From the NCBI GenBank assembly GCA_041737355.1, contig JBGSRW010000008.1, forward strand, positions 191,061 to 255,060: a stretch of 64,000 nt of DNA, given 5' to 3'. Under the pieces are notes generated by a model. It did no database searches and was not told where the DNA came from. It saw nothing but the letters and a program-made list of their open reading frames with translations. The stretch is from Patescibacteria group bacterium. Its GTDB lineage: Bacteria > Patescibacteriota > Patescibacteriia > XYB2-FULL-38-15. A program made the translations under genes and the position numbers. This document shows, in pieces, positions 48,417-57,751 of the stretch; position 1 is the stretch's first letter, and every line of letters begins with the position of its first letter.

Positions 48417-48950
48417 ATGGAAGAAAAATGTTATCGTCCGAATTGGGACGATTACTTTATGGCGATTACCAGAATTGTCGCTACCCGCGGCACTTGCGAC
48501 AGATTGCGGGCCGGCGCGGTTCTTGTAAAGAAGAATCGGATAATCTCCACGGGCTACAACGGTTCGCCTCCGGGGCTTCCTCACTGCGATGACGTTGGTC
48601 ATTTGATGGAAGAAGGGCATTGCATCAGAACAATCCACGCGGAACATAATGTTATTTTGCAGGCGGCTGTTATCAGCGGAGCAAACACAGAAGGCTCAAC
48701 CATGTATACGAAATTCAACCCCTGTATGCATTGCGCGAAATATGTCGTGGCTGCCGGAATAAAAAGAGTTGTTATCGGCAAACTATATCGTGGAGAAAAA
48801 GCCGTGGAATATTTGAAAGAGGCCGGAGTGCAAGTTGACATTTACCAGGAAAATCCCGAGTGGAATAAATCCGTCCGGGAACTTTTTAACCAGGAAATTG
48901 AACAAACATTAGCTAAAGAAGGCGATGTTCAATTGCAGGTCGCAAAATAA
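48417..48950 (+). CDS. dCMP deaminase (ComEB/cytidine-deoxycytidylate deaminase family)
   Basis: HAEHNVI zinc-binding motif and PCMHCAKYVVAAG (PCxxC). Confidence 0.8.
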   Translation: MEEKCYRPNWDDYFMAITRIVATRGTCDRLRAGAVLVKKNRIISTGYNGSPPGLPHCDDVGHLMEEGHCIRTIHAEHNVILQAAVISGANTEGSTMYTKFNPCMHCAKYVVAAGIKRVVIGKLYRGEKAVEYLKEAGVQVDIYQENPEWNKSVRELFNQEIEQTLAKEGDVQLQVAK

Positions 48951-48955
48951 ATACT

Positions 48956-49531
48956 ATGGCCGATCCGCAAAATAAAATAATCGTCGGTCTTGCCGGGAAA
49001 ATTGCCTCTGGGAAAGAAACTGTCGGAAAATATTTGGTGGAGAAAATGGACGGAAAAAAAATAAAATTTTCCGATCCCCTGCGCCAGATCCTTGATATCC
49101 TCGACCTTCCCGACAGCCGACAAAACATGCAGACGCTTTCCACCGTTGTCAGACAAAATTTCGGGGGAAACGTTCTGGCTCAGGCGATGATGAAATTGGT
49201 TGCACGCTTGGAAAATAAACTTGTAGTAATCGACGGCGTCCGGCGCGTAACCGACATTGAAAACTTCCGGCAATTAAAAAACTTTTTTCTTGTCTATATT
49301 GACGCCTCCTCAAAAAAAAGATTTGAAAGGTGCGTGCAGAGAAAGGAAAACCCCGGAGACGGCGAGATGACCCGCGGAGAATTCGACCGGAAAGACAATG
49401 CCGAAGCCGAAGAGCAGATTGAATCGTTAAAAAAAGAAGCGGATTTTGTGGTGAAAAACGACGGGACCATGGAAGAGCTATACCTGGAGATAGAAAATCT
49501 TTTGGAAAAAATCCATGCAACTCAAAATTAA
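48956..49531 (+). CDS. P-loop nucleotide/nucleoside kinase-like protein
   Basis: 191 aa. Walker A GLAGKIASGKET near the N-terminus. Embedded in the thymidylate gene cluster. Confidence 0.5.
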   Translation: MADPQNKIIVGLAGKIASGKETVGKYLVEKMDGKKIKFSDPLRQILDILDLPDSRQNMQTLSTVVRQNFGGNVLAQAMMKLVARLENKLVVIDGVRRVTDIENFRQLKNFFLVYIDASSKKRFERCVQRKENPGDGEMTRGEFDRKDNAEAEEQIESLKKEADFVVKNDGTMEELYLEIENLLEKIHATQN

Positions 49532-49949
49532 ACGCATTGATAAATCATTGCCACTGCCCGAATACAAAACCAACGGGGCGGTGGCTTTTGATTTAACGGC
49601 GAGAATCGATATTGAAATAGAACCGCACGCCATTGCCCTTATTCCATTGAACGTCATTATTGAAATTCCAAAAGGCTATACAATAATTCTGGCGCCGCGG
49701 AGCAGCTTGCCTATTAAAAAGGGCCTGCTTATTCCGAACGGCCTGGGAATTTTTGACCAGGATTATTGCGGACCGGAAGACGAATGGCGCCTCGAAGTTT
49801 TGAACTTTACCGATAAAAAAGTTAAAATTGAAAAAGGAGAAAGGATCGGTCAGGGTTTGATTTTACCGATAGAAAAAGCCGAATGGCTTGAAGTGGAAAA
49901 AATTGATAAGCCGAACCGCGGCGGCTTTGGCAGCACGGGTCAGAAATAA
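49515..49949 (+). CDS. dut: dUTP diphosphatase (dCTP deaminase/dUTPase superfamily)
   Basis: 144 aa. Jelly-roll dUTPase motifs (GAVAFDL, RSSL, GLGIFDQDY, GERIGQG). Confidence 0.8.
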   Translation: MQLKIKRIDKSLPLPEYKTNGAVAFDLTARIDIEIEPHAIALIPLNVIIEIPKGYTIILAPRSSLPIKKGLLIPNGLGIFDQDYCGPEDEWRLEVLNFTDKKVKIEKGERIGQGLILPIEKAEWLEVEKIDKPNRGGFGSTGQK

Positions 49950-49982
49950 ATTTATAATTTTCAATTTCTAATTCCAAAAAAT

Positions 49983-51371
49983 ATGGAAGAAAAATACAAA
50001 CGAAAGATTTATACCCTGGAAGGATTGTCCCCGGAAGTCCGGGCCGTTACTTTTGCCAAATGCAGCCGCTCGCCGGAATCATTCGCCGACATCGCCAAGG
50101 AACTGACCGAACAAAAATCCAGCGAGTTTCACGAGAAATGGGTTGTCGGCTACGGCCATTCTTCGGTCGCCGAGCACGCCATTTTATCATTGGCACTGGA
50201 AAACGTTTCGATTCTGGCCACCAAAGTAATCGAAGACAACCGTCTGGCCTCCTACACGGAAAAATCGACACGCTACCAGGTTTTTGATCGCGAAAAGTAT
50301 TACAAACCGAAAAAAATAATGGATTCTTCGTTCGGCAAACTCTACGAAGAAACGGCGAATTTTCTTTTTGATACCTACACCGATCTTACCGCCAAGGTAA
50401 TGAATTACGTAAAAAACAAAATTCCAAAAACCGAAGAGATGACGGATAAAATGTATGAAACTGTCTGCAAGGCAAAGGCCTGCGATATTGTCCGCTATAT
50501 TTTACCGACCGCCACTCTTACCAATCTCGGTATGACAATAAACGCCCGGAACCTCGAACACGCTATCGCGAAATTGCTGTCGCATCCGCTCGAAGAAATG
50601 CAGGATATCGGGCGGGAACTGAAAGAAGCGGCGGAAAAAGCGACCCCGACCCTTATCAAATACGCCAACGCGAATAATTATCTTCGCGAAACAAATCTTT
50701 CTCTCGAAAAAACGACCAAGAAAATTTTGGGCGGAGAAAATGTCGCCCCCGAAGAAAACCAAGCCAAACTTGTCGCCTACGACGAAGACGCACTTGACCG
50801 CGTCGTCGCTCCCCTGCTCTACAAATATTCAAACTCTTCATACGGGGATATCAAGGAAAAAGTTAAAAATTTGCCGCGAGAAGAAAAAGAAAAAATCCTT
50901 GAGGAATCACTGGAAGGAATGAGCCAATTCGACCGGCCGCTCCGCGAACTTGAACACACCTATTACACTTTCGATATTTTGATCGACTACGGCGCCTTCC
51001 GCGACGTCCAGCGGCATAGAATCTGCACCCAAACCAACCAGGAAATCACCCCGGCTTACGGTTACTCGACCCACGAAGACATTGTCGCCGCCGGATTTCA
51101 AAAAGAATACGAAGAGTGTATGAAGCGGGCTGCCGAAATTTACCAAAAAATTGCCGCGGAATTTCCCAAGGAAGCCCAATATATCCTGCCGCTCGCCTTC
51201 CGTAAACGGGTCCTTATCACCTGGAACCTCCGCGAACTTTTCCATTTTATTCCGCTCCGGAGCAGCAAGAAAGGCCATATTTCCTACCGCCGGATCGCCG
51301 GACAAATCTGGGACGAAATAAATCGCGTCCATCCGTATTTTGCTAAATATATTAAAGTCGATAAATCTTAA
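49983..51371 (+). CDS. thyX: Flavin-dependent thymidylate synthase ThyX, tandem-duplicated (pseudo-dimeric) form
   Basis: 462 aa. C-terminal half carries the RHRxxxxxxxS ThyX motif (RHRICTQTNQ...S). N-terminal half is ThyX-like (HSSVAEHAILSLALENVS...STRYQ) but lacks RHR. Confidence 0.7.
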   Translation: MEEKYKRKIYTLEGLSPEVRAVTFAKCSRSPESFADIAKELTEQKSSEFHEKWVVGYGHSSVAEHAILSLALENVSILATKVIEDNRLASYTEKSTRYQVFDREKYYKPKKIMDSSFGKLYEETANFLFDTYTDLTAKVMNYVKNKIPKTEEMTDKMYETVCKAKACDIVRYILPTATLTNLGMTINARNLEHAIAKLLSHPLEEMQDIGRELKEAAEKATPTLIKYANANNYLRETNLSLEKTTKKILGGENVAPEENQAKLVAYDEDALDRVVAPLLYKYSNSSYGDIKEKVKNLPREEKEKILEESLEGMSQFDRPLRELEHTYYTFDILIDYGAFRDVQRHRICTQTNQEITPAYGYSTHEDIVAAGFQKEYEECMKRAAEIYQKIAAEFPKEAQYILPLAFRKRVLITWNLRELFHFIPLRSSKKGHISYRRIAGQIWDEINRVHPYFAKYIKVDKS

Positions 51372-51375
51372 GAAT

Positions 51376-52113
51376 ATGGAAGAAAAAAATAAAAAAGGAA
51401 TTTTGGTCATGGCCGACGGAATCGACGGATCCGGCAAGGGCACAATCGTAAAAGCTCTGGCCGATTGGGCGGCAACGAAACAAATGAAAGTTCTGGACTT
51501 GAAAGATTACTGGAAAACGAAACACAATTTTCCCGAACCCGAGGAAATCAAGGAATACGACGTAATCATCTCCGCCGAACCGACTTTTTCCATGGTCGGC
51601 CAGGCAATCCGGGAAGAAATTGTCCGCGACAACAACCGCCATTATTCCGCCTGGACAACGGCCGAAGCGTTTTCTCTGGACCGGGAAATTCTTTACCGCC
51701 GGGTAATTATCCCCGCCTTGGAGCAGGGAAAAATTATTTTTCAGGAAAGGGGCGTTACGACTTCGATGATTTACCAGCCCGTGCAAAAAGAGCCCCTGGA
51801 ACTCGAAAAAATACTTGAACTTTCCGGAAACCGGCTGGCCCTGGAATACCGCCCGGATCTTTTGATCATCACTTTGGTCGATCCGAAAGAAGCCGTCCGG
51901 CGCCTTGCCGAACGCGACAAAAAAGACAACGTTATTTTTGAAAAACTTCCATTTTTGGAAAAAATTGCCGAAAGGTTTGCCGCGCCATGGTTCCGGGAGG
52001 TTATGGAAAAACAAGGCAGCAAATTCTTTTATTTAAAGACAAATAAGACCGTTTGTGATACAATAGAGGAGTCAGTAAAACTTTGGGAAGATTTTATAAA
52101 AGAAGTTAAATAA
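51376..52113 (+). CDS. Thymidylate kinase-like (dNMP kinase) protein
   Basis: Start at MEEKNKK (51376; the track ORF from 51340 overlaps thyX). P-loop GIDGSGKGT resembles the dTMP kinase GxDGxGK[ST]T. Confidence 0.55.
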   Translation: MEEKNKKGILVMADGIDGSGKGTIVKALADWAATKQMKVLDLKDYWKTKHNFPEPEEIKEYDVIISAEPTFSMVGQAIREEIVRDNNRHYSAWTTAEAFSLDREILYRRVIIPALEQGKIIFQERGVTTSMIYQPVQKEPLELEKILELSGNRLALEYRPDLLIITLVDPKEAVRRLAERDKKDNVIFEKLPFLEKIAERFAAPWFREVMEKQGSKFFYLKTNKTVCDTIEESVKLWEDFIKEVK

Positions 52114-52147
52114 TAAAAAAATTGCGGTAAAATGGATATTCCAAAAT

Positions 52148-52972
52148 TTGTCCGTTTTCCGTAAATCAAAAAATATGCTTATAGGAATCAAGTCCATCGC
52201 CCGGGAAAGCTGGAATCTTTACCGCAATAATTTCAAGCTTTTTGCCAAAATCGTTCTCTGGCTTCTTATCCCGGCGACTATTTATTCCCTGATTCCCTAT
52301 CTCGGCCTTACTCCTTTCATCCTAACCCCGATTAATTCCCTGCTCTATTTCGCATCGGCCCTTCTTGGGCTTTTCATTTCGATAGCCCTGACTCTCGTTG
52401 CCCTCGGCTTATTCAAAAAAGAAGAAATCAACTTAAAAAATATTTACAGCCTGAGCTACTCAAAAATTATCTCCTGTCTCTGGGTTTCCGTGCTTTCTTT
52501 TCTCGTTGCCGTTGCCGCCATGTTCGTAAGCGCCCTGCCCGCCCTTATCGCTTTTTTCGCCAGGTCTTGGCTGCCGGCGCAAAACATCGTCTTGGCAATT
52601 TTTTTCGTAATTTCCGGAATTCTCCTTGTTGTTTCAAGCGTTATTCTGGCCGTGTGGCTTTCCTTCAGTTTTTATGTCGTTGTTTTCGACAATATAAAAG
52701 GAAGAGCCGCCCTTTGGTACAGCAAGGCAATCGTAACCGGATACTTTTGGCCGGTTCTCTGGAGACTTTTCGTTGTCATGGTTCTCCCGGTTAATTTAAT
52801 GGGATGGCTTCTAGGAAAATTGCCGCCGAATTTCGAATCCCTGTCCCCTCTCTGGCTCATTTCGGTTCTGGCCTCAAACGCAATTTACGCTTTTACCGTT
52901 CCCCTTTTCTCCATCGCCGGAGTGCTTCTCTACAACAGTTTGCGAAAAGAAAAATCAACAGCCAAAAAATAA
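52148..52972 (+). CDS. Hypothetical polytopic membrane protein
   Basis: 274 aa, about 6 TM helices. No catalytic motifs seen. Confidence 0.4.
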   Translation: MSVFRKSKNMLIGIKSIARESWNLYRNNFKLFAKIVLWLLIPATIYSLIPYLGLTPFILTPINSLLYFASALLGLFISIALTLVALGLFKKEEINLKNIYSLSYSKIISCLWVSVLSFLVAVAAMFVSALPALIAFFARSWLPAQNIVLAIFFVISGILLVVSSVILAVWLSFSFYVVVFDNIKGRAALWYSKAIVTGYFWPVLWRLFVVMVLPVNLMGWLLGKLPPNFESLSPLWLISVLASNAIYAFTVPLFSIAGVLLYNSLRKEKSTAKK

Positions 52973-53006
52973 ACGGACAACCAATTTAGTTTTTTAGACT
53001 AATCTT

Positions 53007-54551
53007 ATGCATCTTGTTCCGGTCATCGGCCTGGAAATCCATATCCAGCTCAAAACAAAATCAAAAATGTTCTGCGGCTGCGACAATACCGGGGAAAACC
53101 AGCCGCCGAATACGACTGTCTGCCCGGTATGCATGGGCCATCCCGGTACTTTGCCGGTTATAAACGGGCAGGCGGTGGAATGGGCGGGCCTCGCGGCTCT
53201 GGCTTTAAATTGCAAAATCCAGGATTACTCAAAATTCGACCGGAAACAATATTTTTATCCCGATCTCCCGAAAGGATATCAAATTTCCCAATACGACAAG
53301 CCTGTCTGTCAGGACGGCCATCTTGAAATAGATATCCCAACGAAAGACGAAACGAAACAACCGGCTTCCGCGAAAATAAGGATAAAAAGAATTCATCTCG
53401 AAGAAGACGCGGCAAAATTAACCCATTCTGATGACGGAAAAAACAGCCTCGTCGATTACAACCGTTCCGGAACACCCCTTTTGGAAATTGTTACCGAGCC
53501 TGATTTGCATTCGCCGCTTGAAGCAAAAATTTTCGTCCAGGAAATACAACAAATCGCCCGCTATCTCGGGATATCCGAAGCGGATATGGAAAAAGGGCAT
53601 TTGCGCTGCGACGCCAACATTTCTCTGAAAGAAGTCTTGGATAATCCGGCTAAAGAAAAGGGGTTCCCTAAACTTAATCCCAAAACTGAAATAAAAAATT
53701 TGAACTCTTTCCGCGCCGTTGAGAGGGCTCTTGAATACGAAATAAAAAGACAAATCGAACTTTGGGGAAAGGGAAAACCGCCGGAAATAGAAACAACCCG
53801 CGGCTGGAACGACGTAAAACAAATTACCGAGGAGCAACGGACAAAAGAAGCGGAAAACGATTACCGTTATTTCCCGGAACCGGATCTTCCGCCGCTTGAT
53901 CTCTCCAGACTGCGCGATAAAGTTATTCCGTCCCTTCCCGAACTTCCCCGCGCCAAAAGAATAAGATTTATAACCCAATACGAGTTTACTCCGGAAGAAG
54001 CGAAAATTTTAACCGAAGACAAAAAATGGGCCAATTATACTGAAAATGTTATTTCCGAATTACAATCATGGCTTATTTCGCTTCAAGAGGTGGAGGGCAC
54101 GGAAAAAGAAATATGGGAAAAACACAAACATAAAATAACCCGCCTCCTTGCCGGATGGCTTGTAACTAAACTCGGTGGCCTGATGGCCGATAATAAAATA
54201 GATATCCGCCGCCTGAAAATAACTCCGGAAAATTTCGCGGAATTTATTACCCTGATTTACCAGAACAAAATTTCCGGGCCAACAGCAATGAAAATTTTGG
54301 AAGAGATGCTTCTTACCGGCGGTGACCCGTCCCAGATCATGGAAAGTAAAAACCTCGGCCAGATCAGCGATACTGACGAAATGGAAAAAATAATAGACGG
54401 AATTATCGCGGAAAATCCAGACGAAGTAAAAAGTTACAAAGCTGGCAAAACCAACCTGATACAATTCTTCATAGGCCAAACCATGAAAAAAACCCAGGGA
54501 AAGGCCAACCCAAAAATTGCTGAAGAAATCATTAAAAAGAAACTCGGATAA
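53007..54551 (+). CDS. gatB: Asp/Glu-tRNA(Asn/Gln) amidotransferase subunit B
   Basis: VIGLEIHIQL, CGCDN...CPVCMGHPGTLPV, C-terminal YqeY-like domain. Confidence 0.9.
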   Translation: MHLVPVIGLEIHIQLKTKSKMFCGCDNTGENQPPNTTVCPVCMGHPGTLPVINGQAVEWAGLAALALNCKIQDYSKFDRKQYFYPDLPKGYQISQYDKPVCQDGHLEIDIPTKDETKQPASAKIRIKRIHLEEDAAKLTHSDDGKNSLVDYNRSGTPLLEIVTEPDLHSPLEAKIFVQEIQQIARYLGISEADMEKGHLRCDANISLKEVLDNPAKEKGFPKLNPKTEIKNLNSFRAVERALEYEIKRQIELWGKGKPPEIETTRGWNDVKQITEEQRTKEAENDYRYFPEPDLPPLDLSRLRDKVIPSLPELPRAKRIRFITQYEFTPEEAKILTEDKKWANYTENVISELQSWLISLQEVEGTEKEIWEKHKHKITRLLAGWLVTKLGGLMADNKIDIRRLKITPENFAEFITLIYQNKISGPTAMKILEEMLLTGGDPSQIMESKNLGQISDTDEMEKIIDGIIAENPDEVKSYKAGKTNLIQFFIGQTMKKTQGKANPKIAEEIIKKKLG

Positions 54552-54656
54552 AAAAATCAAAAACTGCTCTTTTCGGGGGCAGTTTTTGGTCTTGCTATCC
54601 CCTTCCGTGATTTCCACGGAGGGTCCGAGCCCATGGCAAAAGAAAGGAGGAACGCC

Positions 54657-54887
54657 ATGACTCGACATACTGAAACACAGGAAGAGAGCGGTCTGAGGTG
54701 CATTCACAAGAAGATCTGGGGCCAATGTGCCTGCTGCCGGGGAAAATTCGGTATGCTGGCGATCGAGTTTGACATCATACTCGGTCGGAACCAGCCGCCG
54801 GAAGTCGTCGGCAACTTGGTGGCAGAGGCCATCCGAAAGATGCGCCGAGGAAAGGAGGAAATGGAAAGACGTGGGTTCAGTCCCTAG
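54657..54887 (+). CDS. Small Cys-rich hypothetical protein (GC-rich cassette E)
   Basis: ATG at 54657 with RBS aaaggaggaacgcc. About 76 aa with a WGQCACCRGKFG Cys cluster. GC-rich. Confidence 0.35.
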   Translation: MTRHTETQEESGLRCIHKKIWGQCACCRGKFGMLAIEFDIILGRNQPPEVVGNLVAEAIRKMRRGKEEMERRGFSP

Positions 54888-54913
54888 TGACGTAGAACGC
54901 GCAAGATCGAAAA

Positions 54914-54954
54914 GGGCGTGAATGCTAACTGCATCACGCCCACTTTTTTATTTT
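54914..54954. terminator. Hairpin terminator (overlaps miaA 3' end; possibly bidirectional)
   Basis: gggcgtga-atgctaactgca-tcacgccc followed by ACTTTTTTATTTT. Confidence 0.45.
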
Positions 54955-55872
54955 ACCTTCCGCTTCCTTATAATTTCTTATCCATTTTATTCTTTTATCA
55001 CGTCTGAACCAAGTCATTTGCCGCCGGGCGTAAGCGTGTGTTCTAAACTTTATCCTCTGTGCCGCCTCACTTATGCCGTACACCCCATTCAAATAATCCT
55101 CCGCCTCCTTATAGCCAATTCCACTCATTGATGGAAGGTCTGGTTTGTATTTTTTTAATAATTTTTTAGTTTCTCCGACTAAATCATCTTTTATCATTTG
55201 CTCCACGCGCTGATCGATATTTTCATAAAGTTTTTCCCGTGGTAAAGTTATTCCGATTTGTAAAACATTGAACAGCGGCTCGCCCTTTTCCCGCAACTTT
55301 GAAAACGGCCGGCCGGTGGCAAGGCATACTTCAAGCGCCCGGATAATCCGCCGAGGATTATTTTTATCAACTACATCAACCGCGCCCGGATCAAGTTTCA
55401 ACAATTTTTTATACCATTTTGCGAGCGCTCCCGGCTTTTTAATTTCTTTTTCAAATTGCACCCTTAGTTTTTTATTCGGCGGCACAGCCGGAATTTCCAA
55501 ATTGTCCACCACGGATTGAATATATAAACCTGTTCCCCCAACTAAAAACGGCACCTTGCCGCGCTTTAAAATATTCTTAATCGCCGCTACGGCTTTCTTT
55601 TTATAATAAGCCAAAGTGAATTCTTTATCTGGGCTAACGATGTCCAATAAATGGTGCACTACACCGCCGGCTGTTATCTGCGTTAATCCGCGTTTATATC
55701 TGCGTTTATCTGCTTCTATTTTTCCGGTGCCAATATCCATTCCCTTGTAGATCTGCCTGCTGTCCGCGTTAACCACCTCACCGCTAAATTTTTTTGCTAA
55801 TTTCAAAGACAGACCCGTCTTTCCCGACGCCGTCGGACCTAAAATTATAATCAGTTTTGGCAGCGTTGACAT
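54934..55872 (-). CDS. miaA: tRNA dimethylallyltransferase
   Basis: IILGPTASGKTGLSLKLAKKF P-loop, DSRQIYKGMDIGTGK. Confidence 0.85.
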   Translation of the reverse strand: MSTLPKLIIILGPTASGKTGLSLKLAKKFSGEVVNADSRQIYKGMDIGTGKIEADKRRYKRGLTQITAGGVVHHLLDIVSPDKEFTLAYYKKKAVAAIKNILKRGKVPFLVGGTGLYIQSVVDNLEIPAVPPNKKLRVQFEKEIKKPGALAKWYKKLLKLDPGAVDVVDKNNPRRIIRALEVCLATGRPFSKLREKGEPLFNVLQIGITLPREKLYENIDQRVEQMIKDDLVGETKKLLKKYKPDLPSMSGIGYKEAEDYLNGVYGISEAAQRIKFRTHAYARRQMTWFRRDKRIKWIRNYKEAEGKIKKWA

Positions 55873-55876
55873 TTTT

Positions 55877-57154
55877 TTATCCTTCTAGAATCCACTCAAA
55901 GGATTTTTTTATTTTGACATTAAAAATCTTGCCGACCATATTTTTCTTGCCAGGGAACCGAGCCATTTTCATTTCCCGGGAATTGCCAATGCATTTTCCG
56001 TCTTTATACTTATCCACGAGCACCGACACGGTTTTTCCGACATATTGCTGATTTTTCTCTAAAACAATTTTTTCCATTAAATCCTGAAGCACCCGCCAGC
56101 GCCGCTTTTTTTCAATTCGCGGAACATCGTCTTTCATTTTCGCCGCCGCTGTCCCCTGCCGCGGCGAATATACTGCGAGATATGCAATATCAAAATTGGC
56201 TTTTTTATAAAGTTCCACCGTGTTTTGAAAAGCTTTTTTTGTCTCGCCGGGAAACCCGACAATAATATCCGTGCCGAGCGCCATCCCCGGCTTTTTTTTA
56301 TTTATTTTGGCGACAAGCTTTAGGTAATCGGCAGCGGTATAACTGCGATTCATCCGTTTTAAAACTTTGTCATCCCCTGCCTGAAGCGGCAGATGGAGAT
56401 AATTCACCATCTTTGGCAAAGTCAGAGCGTCAATTACCTCATCTTTCATGTCGCGCGGATGAGGCGCGGTAAAATGAATCCGCTTGATTCCCGTAATCCG
56501 GTTTGCTTCCCAAAGCAAGGCGGCAAAAGGATGTTTATATGGATTTTTTTTGGAAAAATTTTTTATATCGGCCGGCCGGTAGGCATTAACATTCTGCCCC
56601 AAAAAAGTTATTTCCAAACAGCCGTTTTTTGCTAAATTTTTCACTTCGGCGAGGATCTCGGAAACGTCGCGGCTCGTTTCCCTTCCCCGGACATAAGGCA
56701 CGGCGCAGTACGAACAAAAATTATTGCAGCCGGTCATAATCGGAATAAAAGCGGAATACTGCGTTGAATATCTCGGCTCGATTTTAAAATAATGAGTATT
56801 CCAATCGCGGCATTCGGCCTGAAAGGCTTTGATATTGGTAATCTGTTTGATATCCAAAACCGCGTCAAATTTTCCCAAAAACTTTTTCTTGTCCGCAGGC
56901 AAAAGGCAGCCGGTCAGAATCGTGAAAAGCCCGGGCTTTGTCCGTTTCATTTTGGCAAAAATCCGGGCCTGGCCGTAGATCCTGTCAACCGCCGCCTGGC
57001 GCACGGAACAGGCCACCACAACGATTAAATCGGCCTCAGAGGCCTCACTGACCGACCCATAGCCCATTTTCTCCAAAACCGTCGCCACCCGCTCAGAGTC
57101 GCTTTTATTCATTTGGCAGCCGTAGGTGATAATGTGGTATTTTTTCTTAGCCAT
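55877..57154 (-). CDS. miaB: tRNA-i6A37 methylthiotransferase (radical SAM)
   Basis: YHIITYGCQMNKSDSE UPF0004 N-terminal domain, CNNFCSYCAVPYVRG radical-SAM CxxxCxxC, C-terminal TRAM. Confidence 0.85.
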   Translation of the reverse strand: MAKKKYHIITYGCQMNKSDSERVATVLEKMGYGSVSEASEADLIVVVACSVRQAAVDRIYGQARIFAKMKRTKPGLFTILTGCLLPADKKKFLGKFDAVLDIKQITNIKAFQAECRDWNTHYFKIEPRYSTQYSAFIPIMTGCNNFCSYCAVPYVRGRETSRDVSEILAEVKNLAKNGCLEITFLGQNVNAYRPADIKNFSKKNPYKHPFAALLWEANRITGIKRIHFTAPHPRDMKDEVIDALTLPKMVNYLHLPLQAGDDKVLKRMNRSYTAADYLKLVAKINKKKPGMALGTDIIVGFPGETKKAFQNTVELYKKANFDIAYLAVYSPRQGTAAAKMKDDVPRIEKKRRWRVLQDLMEKIVLEKNQQYVGKTVSVLVDKYKDGKCIGNSREMKMARFPGKKNMVGKIFNVKIKKSFEWILEG

Positions 57155-57192
57155 GAAAATATTTTAACAAAAAAATGTTTTTTCTTCAACCC

Positions 57193-57220
57193 TTGACAAA
57201 TTAGCATTATCATGTAAAAT
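57193..57220 (+). promoter_or_regulatory. Candidate promoter TTGACA-N16-TAAAAT
   Basis: TTGACA 57193-57198, TAAAAT 57215-57220. RBS gaaaggagtg and ATG at 57247. Confidence 0.4.
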
Positions 57221-57246
57221 AGAGAGTTCCCGAAAGGAGTGTTCCG

Positions 57247-57627
57247 ATGGGCGAAGTTCACGGGCTCTTCCAGGACGCCCGTTACAACCGGGCGATGTTC
57301 GAGAGAATCGCTGCCGTGAGCCTTACCGAAATCAACGGCAGAATGGCTCTGCGGCTCGACCTTTCAACTGGCGATCTGCATCTTGACTGGCTGAACAGCG
57401 TACCAACTTACCGCTTCGTCATTGACAATGGCGCGCGGATTCTCGAAGGAAAGCACTGGCATATCTTCCGGCACGAACCGGAACCGCCTTACTTCGTTGA
57501 AGTTAGACTGCAAAATCTCTCTACGAGGGCCAAGGAGGAAACCCTCGGAGACTGGACCACGCTGCAAGTCGTGATCCAAGCTGATGGAAACGTCGAAAAG
57601 CATTTCGAGGTCAAGAAGGCCTCGTAG
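57247..57627 (+). CDS. Hypothetical protein (GC-rich cassette F)
   Basis: 126-aa ORF. GC-rich. No recognisable motif. Confidence 0.45.
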   Translation: MGEVHGLFQDARYNRAMFERIAAVSLTEINGRMALRLDLSTGDLHLDWLNSVPTYRFVIDNGARILEGKHWHIFRHEPEPPYFVEVRLQNLSTRAKEETLGDWTTLQVVIQADGNVEKHFEVKKAS

Positions 57628-57632
57628 ACTCC

Positions 57633-57674
57633 GGGACCAACTGCGCAAGACCGCTTTTGGTCCCGTTTTATTTT
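57633..57674 (+). terminator. Rho-independent terminator
   Basis: gggaccaa-ctgcgcaagaccgct-ttggtccc followed by GTTTTATTTT. Confidence 0.55.
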
Positions 57675-57751
57675 ATCCTTGACTTTTCGGCTTAAATATG
57701 GTATATTTATATGTTATAATTTAATAAACTTTATTATAAAAAATAATTATT

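Noticed and set aside
51352-52014. 220-aa minus-strand ORF antisense to the tmk-like gene
   Set aside because: Entirely overlaps a gene with a P-loop motif and operon context. Phe/Lys-rich low-complexity translation.
53418-54725. Minus-strand ORFs of 186 and 219 aa antisense to gatB and cassette E
   Set aside because: Shadow ORFs with Phe-rich composition. gatB is unambiguous.
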